A DNA stretch of 61,158 nt, filler included, from Sphacelaria rigidula (taxonomy: Eukaryota): NCBI GenBank assembly GCA_964200075.2. It is 6 parts of 6 records of this genome, joined end to end, with 100 filler letters (N's around TTAATTAATTAA, not from the genome) between each part and the next. Parts side by side here need not be neighbours in the genome. Positions count along the whole stretch, not along the records: positions 10,211 to 20,320 come from CAXNAA020007116.1; positions 20,421 to 30,530 come from CAXNAA020007117.1; 4 more parts are not named here. One strand, 5' to 3'. Under the pieces are notes generated by a model that did no database searches, was not told the origin of the DNA, and saw nothing but the letters and a program-made list of their open reading frames with translations. The translations under genes were made by a program, and so were the position numbers. Below, piece by piece: positions 11,477-21,698 of this stretch; position 1 is the stretch's first letter; each line of letters starts with the position of its first letter.

Positions 11477-12210
11477 GTCCGCGGCGAAGACCCGCCGAGG
11501 GCGAAGTTTCACACGACTTGGCTTCACTGGAGGTACAAAATGCGATTCGACTTCACTTTCGGCGCCATTCAATGAGTTTCCGTTTAACAACGAGGCGTTA
11601 TAGTGGAACGTACGTAAATTCGGAAAGCACTGGGGATGCTGTCTACTCTTTTCCCAGTACCAGTACACTGGCGGTACCAGTAACCAGTACCCAGCCCTAC
11701 GGGTCACTGATTTGTTTTAGAGGAAGTGCGGCGTCCTTATACCTGGAACTTCGCGACTGTTGAAGATGACCCAAAATGGATAATGACTGTTGTGAACCCA
11801 CACGGAAAGCGCATGGAACATGACGCCGGAGAGGGGTGGCGCAGGCGCTTCTTGGGTGTAAACCAGGGCACTCTGCTGTGAGTTGTTGTCACTCAATGGA
11901 GTATGATGATTGTACACTGGATGGAAGATGACTGCCGTAATTTTTATGATGAACATAACAGCACACAGCGTTGGTGTTTTTCGTGACCCAGACGGCATCT
12001 TTGGCGCAGCCACTCGATAAATCGTGGCGAATTCGCACTGACTATATAACGACGGCTGGGTCATACCGTGGTGGGGGTTTCACTTTTGGGCCCAGATGTT
12101 TTTCATCGAGGGACTCGTGGGGGTAGGGGCTGCAAAAAATGATCGCCAGGGTGTCCTCGTTTTGAAATCCAGTCGAGATGCATTCCTAGCCCATGGGAAT
12201 GCTAATCTTC

Positions 12211-12255
12211 GCGTGTTAGCGTGTTAGCGTGTTAGCGTGTTAGCGTGTTAGCGTG
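12211..12255. repeat. 8-bp tandem repeat (GCGTGTTA)n
   Basis: About 5.5 perfect units. Confidence 0.95.
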
Positions 12256-12413
12256 CTCTCATATTTCACAAGTCGTATTTTTGGATGAAACGAAGGGCTC
12301 CTGAAAATTACACCTGGTGAATATTGTTGTGCACCCCTACCGTCGCATCAATTTGCTCCAAGTTTTCTAATGTCGGCGTATGCGTGGGACGTGAATTCTT
12401 GCCTGTGATACAG

Positions 12414-12558
12414 GCGCTTTTTGGGGGTGGATCAGGGAACGCTGCTGTCGGACGCCCAGGAGAGGCTTAGTCGTGTGACTCGTCAGATGGAGGACGCCAG
12501 GGCCGCGGCTGATGCGGCTAAGAGGCATGCCAACGCTACCGAGCAGAAGTACATTGAG
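12414..12558 (+). CDS. probable SMC5/6-family (SMC6-like) protein, post-hinge coiled-coil exon
   Basis: ATACAG acceptor, RFLGVDQGTLLSDAQERLSRVTRQMEDARAAADAAKRHANATEQKYIE, donor GAG|GTATGT (phase 0). RFLGVD resembles the hinge-exit of SMC5/SMC6. The exon structure is well supported; the family call is inference. Confidence 0.7.
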
Positions 12559-15002
12559 GTATGTATCGGCTAGCGTGAGGCGCGATCCGTTGCTGTCTTG
12601 TCAGCACCGAGCTCTGCCACCTACAATCCTAGTGCGACGCTCGGTTCAAAGGTATAGCTTTTCACAGATGCGTGGTACGCATTGATTTCGCACTATGGTA
12701 AGTGCAGTGTACACATGTCCCTACGATTTTATGCACTTTCATCCATTCACGCAGCGCTCTACACTGGGACACTATGCGAATGTGTTTTGGCGGTACGATT
12801 CCCCTGATTTGATTTTTTTTTAATTTGATTGTCGCACTTTAACTGACCCCCAGGGGTCCAGCCGTGGTCGCCTCTAAGCTCAAATGATAATAGATTGCAT
12901 TGGCAAGAACTGCATTCTGTACATGCTCATTTTTTTCTTCTATTATCTATTACTCTGTATATGTGTCGAAGATTACGTGCGAACGCTCCCGTGCAAGCGG
13001 GACAATTAGACCTACTCTTGAAACAGTACACGTCACACACCGCTTCAGCTCCACGTCACTGCGACATTTTTCATTTTCGAAAGCTTGATGAGATAGCGCA
13101 ATGTTTTTCAATCACCGTCCACCTTCGACGTGGGCAAGATTCGACCTTCGATCCAAGCTGGCAGTGCCTGAAAGTATGCGCGAAATAAGCAATACGCGGA
13201 GCCCTGATGGTGGATTTGACGCTTTGATTCTGAAACACGGAAATTTGACTCTCAAAAACGGAAATACACGATGGACACAGGAGACACCAGAACGCAAGAG
13301 AAGTGTCTCTGTTCCCTTCGGGCTAGAGTTTTCTTTGGACCATGTCGCTGTATATGTGTGGCTCTGTTGCGCAAAACACGTAGTCATACGCGGAGCCCTG
13401 ATGGTGGTCCCCACGTTTTTATTCTGAAAAAAAGAAAGACACCAAAACGCAAGAAAAGCGTCGATGTTTCCTTCAGGCTGGAGTGTTCTTCGGACCATGT
13501 ATGACTGAATATGTTCAACATACTCACGTTGAAGCGGTAACGCGATTAGTTTTTTTTACAGCGTAGGCGTCCAATCAGTGAGAGCGTAAGGAAAAATAAT
13601 AAAAAGTTGCGGCTCACCGCCCGGCGATTTTTTCGTAGGCCTTTCTTTGCTTCGATTTCTCGGAGTTCGCTGGATTTTTGAGTCGCAGTTATTTTGTTTG
13701 TCGTCTTTTTCTGGGTTGTCTATTATTCGGCAGTCGCAGCTTTTATTGTATATGTGCTTTTGCAACACATGACGTCCAAACGGTAACGCGGTCATCTATC
13801 CTGACACCATAGGCGTCTGCCTCTTGTAAGCGCGACATATGCTTGCGTCATATCAATATGATTTCAATCAACACTCATAGATGCTGTATTTGTTGTTGCC
13901 TGTTTGCAGGCTTCCGCACGGCGCTTTTTTCGTCGACCTTTCTGTGTTCCTTAGATTCGATTTGCCGGGGTTCGGGGTTCGGTGAGTTTAACAGCCGACT
14001 ACCCGCGATTCGGTGAATATTTCGAGCCGAATTTTTTTGTCTCTGTCCTGCCCCTCTATGCTGTGTGACACATTCGGGGGTTCCGCATTCGTCACACTTC
14101 TAGAACGTGCAACAAAATTCAGTATGTGTCATCCACCATTCCGCGCTCTCAACGTTCGTTCAGGTTCCTTGATACCGATCATGCCACACCCATGCGGGAT
14201 CTTCCTTCTTATACTCACCACATATAACACAATTTCAAAACCGATACACACATCAAATTTCTGACTCAACCTCTTGGTAGGATTCGTGACCGCTACCATC
14301 TCCCACATTCCATGCCTGTCGTGGAGGACGGCCCCGTCCGATCCTTGTATAAGATAGAATGAATTCGATACTGTACGCAATACACCTCTTGCCGATGCAA
14401 TCTATTGTCCAGGGTGTGAATTCTTGTTCTTAACTTTAATTTTACGTGCATGTTTTTACTCGTTTGCATAATTCGGACCCGCGATCGACAAAAGTCGTCC
14501 AGGCTATAATATTGTCACCACGCAGACTCTCTAACAATACGAAAAAATACTCAGACGCATCGCACACCCGCATCACAGACCGCCACCATATTTTGGTTGC
14601 GTAGATCTTCAATAATGTCCTTTCTGGAGCTTTGAAAAAACAATGCCATCACCAGGAAAGAAATATCACATTATTTGTTGCATATTTTGCAGTTCATGTT
14701 CGTATATCTTCCAAGATAAACTGTTCAATTTATTTCGAAAATACTGTTTTATCAGACCCGCTGTCAGGTGGTACCTACACTTTCATGGGGTCAGACGTCT
14801 CACCGCCCTGTTTGCCCCAAATTAGCGGCTACAGTCCCGATAATCAGCGGCGGCCCCCATAATCAAATCGGCCGATTGGCGAACCACCGACCAACCAAAA
14901 ATCATCATTTATTCTGTTTTCGGCCCTCTGCCTCAACCCGCCAACGCCACGTACCCCCTAGTTAAAAAGTCTTGAAATACTATATATGCATGTATTCATC
15001 AG

Positions 15003-15155
15003 GCGAAGCGAAAGAGAGACGAGATCGATAGGCAGGAGCGCAAGCTGTCAACTCACAAGGATGCCCTGAACCGAGAGTTGCAGAGGCTGAAGGCGCGAGC
15101 TCAAGAAGCTGACCCGCTGCAAGATTTGGAGAAAAAAGTCGACGGGCTCCGCGAG
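15003..15155 (+). CDS. probable SMC5/6-family protein, coiled-coil exon
   Basis: CAG|AKRKRDEIDRQERKLSTHKDALNRELQRLKARAQEADPLQDLEKKVDGLRE|GTTTAG; 153 nt, phase 0-0. Confidence 0.75.
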
Positions 15156-15629
15156 GTTTAGTTTTAGTTTTAGTTTTTCTTTAGTTTTGTTTTCTCATTT
15201 TTCTTTCTTCATTTATTCTTTTGCTCTTCACTTTTGTTTCACATTTTGTTCCCCTCTTCGTTTATCATTCTGTTGATATTTTAATTTTGTTCATCACATC
15301 TAACTCCGTTCCTCGGGACAAGACCGCGGTCTCAACGGATGAACCCATCTCTCCCCTGGAAGAGTACCATGATTTCTGTACTGTTCATTGTCTAGTCATA
15401 TTGTTGTTTCACGTGTCTTACATATTACCTGAGCACATTCGCCGCGAATACAGGCGTGTTGCATGAATACTCATCCACAACTCATAGTTGGAATACTTGA
15501 TCCACTTTTTCTCGGGATACTTTTTCGCACAAGACTTGTCTTTACTCGAACATTCGGGAGTCGGTAGGCTTTGAAAACAGACGCGGGCCGAGCCCAGAAT
15601 ACGTGGACCAATTCTACGTCGTTGGAACA

Positions 15630-15854
15630 TTACGGAGTAACACCCCTTTTTATCGAGGGGGTGTTATTGATCATCCACGATGAAGGAATCATGCGGTTCG
15701 TCGGTTCTGGGGCAATGAATATATAGAAAATGAAGAAGGAAAAGCTAAAGCCTAGAATCGCGATCCGGATCGGTTCGGGGAAGGGAAAAAGCCTATCGAG
15801 GGAGAACCCGGGGCTGTACACTCGTAGGACCCCCGACGACCGGTTAGCCCGTAA
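15630..15854. mobile_element. small MITE-like element
   Basis: Imperfect inverted ends TTACGGAGTAAC / GTTAGCCCGTAA. The right-end block CTCGTAGGACCCCCGAC...GTTAGCCCGT recurs at ~55365-55397. Confidence 0.45.
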
Positions 15855-17035
15855 CTAGTTCAAGATTGGCTGAAGAAAATATATCTTTCTCGGAGTTTGT
15901 GTTAGATGCTCATATCTCTCGGTTCCCAGAATTTAGGGTAAGACAGCGACAGTGGTCAAGTCGTGGTAACCAGATAACCCGTAAGAATAGCTTCCAATGT
16001 TCTTTTTCTAGAGCTTCAAAATGGTACCAATTACAACTGATCATTATCATTGTAATGGTAATAATGGTCATGATTTTATGAAAGTTGTGGATAGCGGTTT
16101 CAAATAATTATTTACCGTTACCGGCTACGTATGCGGCATCGGAGTATTGCTTTGGTTCTTTTAGTGTGTTATTTCGGGATATCTCCTAGTTCGGCGTCGC
16201 TGCTAGCTTTCTTGTTGAGTCGTGCGTTTCATTGCTCTTGCCTGTCTTCGTTTGTTTTGCTCTCGTTTCGTTTTGTGCTGTAACCACGGCTGAGTGCGCA
16301 GCGAATCAATGAATATATGTTGAAAAAAACAATTAATCAACCAACTGTGCATCTTGTAAATCTGGACTTGTGTACCGTGTCACCGTCTTCCGACACCAAC
16401 TCAGCAATCACTAACCAACTGCCTTCTTGCTGAAGAATTTTCCCGCTGTCGATTCGAGGCGGTGCACACCACACCCATGGTATTCTGTTACTTTGCTTGT
16501 CTCAAGCTCAGCACCATCGATGACTCGTACTTCAGTTCTAAAATGTTTCGATCAAAACTCGAAAAGACCACAAAAGACAGTCCTATTGTTTTCGGTAAAA
16601 ATGTATAGTGGGATACTTTTTTCGAATAGAAATTTCAAGCCAAGTACGCTACAGAAAACGCGCCTCCGGCGGGGCCCCCTCCGCCTGGGGGGGGGATTTT
16701 CCGCTCGCTGCTGTGCTCCATGACCAAACGATCATTAAACTGGTAAATGCTCAGATAAACCATTTCCGATATGGTTTCAAATGTTGACTACTGTACTCAT
16801 CGTTAATGAGTGTCTCTGTTCGTTGACTGTACTGGTAGCTAATCATCCTAGGTCGTGTATGCTAACTTGAAGTTTTCGATGTATGTTGGGGCATGACCAT
16901 ATTGGACACTCCAAACGATTTTTTTCTGTTTTTTTTTTTGTCATGTGTGCGTGCTTCCTCCTTTTGCTTGTACTCTGCGAATGTTGTGCGTGCGTTTGTG
17001 TTTGTTTGCCCTTTTGTATGTTGTTTTTTTCACAG

Positions 17036-17149
17036 GAAATTGAGTCGATGCAATCCGAGATAAGTGTGCTAGACACACAGATAGTGGAAACGAAGGACCA
17101 AGTGAAGCCTTATGACGCCGCGCGACAGCAGGCTGACAGGGCGCACAAG
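17036..17149 (+). CDS. probable SMC5/6-family protein, coiled-coil exon
   Basis: Long T-rich tract, then CACAG|EIESMQSEISVLDTQIVETKDQVKPYDAARQQADRAHK|GTGACT; 114 nt, phase 0-0. Confidence 0.78.
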
Positions 17150-18826
17150 GTGACTGCGTTGGGGTAGTGTATAGGGCAGCGAGGTGACTCTCTGATTTAT
17201 GGATTTATCGTCGCACCTTAACTGATGTCTCGGTGATCCAGCCGTGATCACACGTTACTATCCTGGATAGTAATATAGGGCAGCAATTTGACTTCACTAG
17301 AGAATAGCGTAGTACAAAACGGTGCAGTACGACAGCTGATGACAACCGTGAGGAGTGACAAAGGTTTAGAGGCTATACGAGGGTAGTGTACGGCATTCCA
17401 GGAACTCTTGTTTTTCCGGGTGTTTGCAGCACGGAGTACCGAAGATTACGTTGAGTTCAGAATCTTGAAAATACTGAGTATAAACTGGAGTACCACGAGT
17501 ATCAACTGCCGCGTGTTCGGGGTATTTTATAATACACGGAATTCGGACTCTCCGAAATACGCAATATTGCCGGAAGGCCCGTGGTATCATCAACTACCAC
17601 AAATTATGGCATTCCGTCCGTATGATAGTCGTAACTTTATATTTTCATGTGTCACATACTTGCAAGGGTCGGACGGGTAGCGCTTCGTGTAAGAATTACT
17701 CGTTCGTTTTTTTTATGTACTTGATTCATACCGTACGAATCGATCAATCCTCGGGCTTCGTTTTGAGCGTTGCATCCCAGCTAGGTACGCGCACCCCAGA
17801 CGCAAAAATTGCGTCAAGATTTTCTTTACCCGAGATCAACTCTTCTCTCTCCCGAATAACCAGGCCTCAGGATTTGGTGATTCGAAGCAGCGATGATTCG
17901 TGCTACCCCATCAAAATTGGCTTGTTTCTTCCCTCTTGTCTGTCGAATGTTTGATTAACAGAAAAAGGAGGGCCGCTGCCTCTCCTCGTGGAGAGCTACC
18001 TTTACAGATGATTTCGTGAGATTGAGATTTTAAGATACGATTTGGAGTAAGAAGCGGTCGATTTATAGTCAACGGCCCCTGCTGGCCTTGTATGCACTGT
18101 CTGTATTAGCTTGCCTCTCAAGCCGTTGGCATCCCTGGGTAGGATTTCAACGTGTATCTGTATGCATACGACGGTGTTGGAGGCGAAAAAAAAAGCACAA
18201 GCAACTTGCAAAATTCGTCAACTTTGAGCGAACAATGAAACTCAGCGGAAACTTTGAATCTCACAAAAACATGGTACTTTGCGAAACCGTACCCGATTTT
18301 TCACGTTCCGAACGTGCCACCTTACGAGAACGTTCGCCTGAACACGCAATAGGCGTGTGTCAAGTATTGGCCGCCGACATTTTTCGTTTTTGCGGAATAT
18401 GTGGAGTATCGACTGCCAAAGATACGGAGAAATCGAGAGTGCTTGGAATATCGATACCCCTCTGTGCACCTTTGACGGGTTTGCTTGCTTGTTTGCAATT
18501 GGACTGACACTTGTTGTGGTAGTTGTGTCGCTTTTATGTGATGGGTGAACAATTGGTCGATTGCCGCACAGTTATTAAAGTGGTGAACAATTGATCGATT
18601 GCCGGAGGACCCTGTCGTGGTCATCATCCAAAACATGGACGTACCCAAAGTGAAAAAAATTGAGTGGAAGGGCTCACGTGAAGATGAAGAAATGGAAACA
18701 AGAACAAGAAGATGGAACAAACGTAGTAGAACATAGTAAATTGATGAGCGAAAAACCAAGCGGGACAAACACAACAAAATTTGTCCGCAACTCGTACTCG
18801 GCAGGGAAGCCACTTGTTCTGACTGT

Positions 18827-19305
18827 GGCCGCTTCTTATAGACTTGGAAAAAATCTCTCTGAGAACTGCTCTTTCGAACCTTTCATCACGGATTATTGGC
18901 GTAAAACGGGCCTTGGCGTATTTGGCCTCCTCGGGAAGATTTGCTATATTTTTCACGAGGATTCCAGCACGCTTGTCCGATTTTTCGTACTCCCAGTTTT
19001 GTTCTTGGCCGGACTCTGGATTTCTTCAGTCACCTGAAAAAACTTCGAGTTGTCGGGGGAAAGTACGTATTTTTTCCGGACAACTCGACGATTTTCGCGG
19101 CGACTGAAAAAATCCAGAGTCCGGCCAAGAGTAAAACTGGGAGTACGAAAGATCGGACAAGCGCGCTGGAATCCTCGTGAAGAATATAGGAAATATTTCC
19201 GAGGAGGCCAAATTCGCCAAGGCCCGTATTCCGCCCATAATCTGTGATGGGAGGTCCAAAAGGGCAGTTGTCGAAGAGTGTTTTTTCACTCTGTAAGAAG
19301 CGGCC
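18827..19305. mobile_element. complete foldback MITE, PIF/Harbinger-like
   Basis: 479-bp near-whole palindrome with termini GGCCGCTTCTTA / TAAGAAGCGGCC, centre near AAAGTACGTATTTT (~19065), and 3-bp flanks TGT / TGA. Confidence 0.85.
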
Positions 19306-20117
19306 TGATAAATGTTCACACATGGACACGCACATATGAGTTCCTTAGCGAACGTTTTCGTTCCGTTTTTGTTGGGTACGTCTACCTTGAGGACACGGCT
19401 GTCTTCATGTGCAAAAGCAACCTGTCATGCATTTTCCATTCATTCAGTCAATCAAGAGTTCGAAAAGATGTCTTTTGTGTATCCCGAGATAATGTTCGGC
19501 ACGCAGATTGTTTTTTCAGCGTTGAGGAGGAGGTGCTGGCTGTTGACTCTTGAGATAGCTCCTTCCATTAGACTTTTGCTAGTTACTCTCCGTTCCGTTC
19601 CTTTCCTTTCCTGTTCGATTTTGTTGTGTTTGTTCCGAAAAACTGAAGTCAGGTGCATGGCCACCACACCCTGGACAATTGGTTATATCGTTCAAAAGTG
19701 CACTACGTACAGTATCGCCTATTGCGTCTTTTGCAATATACTATAGGTTCCATACTGTACGCAGTATACTCCTTGACCATGTCATCTTTAGTCCAGGGTG
19801 TGATATTCACCCACCCTCGTGGCCCCCGCAATAGCAACAACTGTTTGGCCGCTTTCTCGCGTCGGCTTTGGAGAATGACCACACCCGAGGCACAAGACAA
19901 CGGCGAAAACATTACCACGTACAGTATGAAACATGTTGTCTACGACAAGAGACGGGATAGTCGATGATGTTCGCAGTACACTTTTGCCAATGTCATTATC
20001 CATTGTCATGGCCCATGGTGTGCAAAACGACCCCCTTCACTCGTTTTTTTTGTTATTCTCTCGTTTCACATGCTTGATCCTGATGAATGGGTGATTGTGG
20101 GTCATGACATTTCGCAG

Positions 20118-20225
20118 GAGTCTGTGGTGAAAAACGAGCGCATTAGTCGTGCGAAGGAGGAAAATGATGCCAAGGAGTACGACATTAACCGTAAGAAGTC
20201 AAGAGCAGAGGGGGAGTTGCAAAAG
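20118..20225 (+). CDS. probable SMC5/6-family protein, coiled-coil exon
   Basis: TCGCAG|ESVVKNERISRAKEENDAKEYDINRKKSRAEGELQK|GTGAGC; 108 nt, phase 0-0. The gene continues beyond the contig end. Confidence 0.78.
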
Positions 20226-20320
20226 GTGAGCCCACCGCTTGGGGTTCCGAACCCCGATTTGTTTTGTACAGTACCTGTGCAGTGCCGCAGAAAAGATTCC
20301 AAGGGTCGGACAAATCATGA

Positions 20321-20420
20321 NNNNNNNNNNNNNNNNNNNNNNNNNNNNNNNNNNNNNNNNNNNNTTAATTAATTAANNNNNNNNNNNNNNNNNNNNNNNN
20401 NNNNNNNNNNNNNNNNNNNN
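20321..20420. other. artificial contig spacer
   Basis: 44 N + TTAATTAATTAA + 44 N. Confidence 0.98.
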
Positions 20421-20467
<47 letters not shown>

Positions 20468-20938
20468 TTGTTTTTGTTTTTGTTTTTTTTGTATTTGATT
20501 ACACGAAAAAAGAGGCTCAAAAGTTTCAGACGACCTGCTACACTCGCGGTGCCCTTGTATTTGGTTCAAAACGGTGCCAATCGGTATGAACGATCGTTAT
20601 GTATCTATAACAAGCTCGTTGGAGTAACCGTTGCTCCTTTCAAGGACGATTTGACTTGGAACTTCGTGCAAAAAGTGGCCCGAAATACCCCCCCCCCATC
20701 GTAGGATGTCTTATAGCTTGACCGTTTGTTATTAAAAATGCAAGTTTGGCCAGAAACGAAACTGTGACCTACGGAAAACGTAAAGGTGCTCTGGAACGGT
20801 CTCAGCGAGTAGACCAAGTCATTACAAGGTGTCATCATCCGCCCAGCCCTCTTTTCGGGGGGAAAACGACAGTCAGTTGAGGACCGAAAATGCACTTTTC
20901 AACAAGTTTTATTTTGTGATACATAAAAAGTGGCCTAA

Positions 20939-21195
20939 GGACGTTTCTTATGGTTCGTCTTTTTTCGGGCTCGTATTTTCGACTCTTGATATATTTGACA
21001 CGTTATTTTTGTCGCAAAGCAGAGAATACCGCCATCACATGTTTTGGACACTTTGCATCGCCCCACCGGGAGGGGTCTAGCCCACTTTTCCGATGCGCAC
21101 GGCTCCGAGGTTTCGACAGCGGCCTACAAAAAATACAGCTGAATATTCAAAATGCGGTATCTGCAGCTTTTTTTCATGAGTCGTAAAAAACGGCC
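20939..21195. mobile_element. degenerate Harbinger-like MITE
   Basis: TAA|GGACGTTTCTTA ... TAAAAAACGGCC|TAG, which are variants of the GGCCGCTTCTTA terminus. Confidence 0.55.
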
Positions 21196-21198
21196 TAG

Positions 21199-21698
21199 GG
21201 TTGCTTCTTATGGCAAACAAGATAATAATCCGGAACACCATCTTTGACGCTTCTGCGTCGTCTTACGCACTAAAAGAGGTGTAGGCAAATTATGACACCT
21301 TGGAATGCCTTGCTGTACTTGCTAAGGCGGTTCCAGGACACCTGTGCGTTTTTACGGTGGCCGCAGTTATTTTCTTGGCTAAACTTGCTTTTTCTAGGGG
21401 GCCGTTCATTTTTCGCGGGGTCCGATCAAGTACAGAAAAAACTTGTGATTTTTTGTGAAATTGCCTGGTCTCCGAGAAAAATGAGCGGTGTCCGAGAAAA
21501 ATCGAAGTTCGGCCAAGAACCAAAATACGACCACCGGAAAAACGTACAGGTGTGCTGGAACCGTTTCAACGAGTACAGCAAGGCATTCCAAGGTGTCTAA
21601 GTTCGCCCAGATCTCTTTTGGTGCGCGCAACGACGCAGAAGCTTTAAAAAGACACTTTTACATCTATTTATATTTTTTATTTGCCATAAGAAGCGGCC
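21199..21698. mobile_element. foldback MITE, PIF/Harbinger-like
   Basis: TAG|GGTTGCTTCTTATGGCAAA ... TTTGCCATAAGAAGCGGCC|TAA. Long internal inverted arms, e.g. GACACCTTGGAATGCCTTGCTGTACT (21294) pairs with AGTACAGCAAGGCATTCCAAGGTGTC (ends 21597). Confidence 0.82.

Noticed and set aside
12178-12215. U6 snRNA-like match (minus strand GAAGATTAGCAT)
   Set aside because: Only a 12-nt core matches. The ACAGAGA box, 5' stem and 3' U-tract are absent, so this is chance or an unrecognisable remnant.
13190-13500. Local direct duplications (also 53029-53126 and 53840-54180)
   Set aside because: Real, but ordinary two-copy tandem duplications within introns with no further structure seen.
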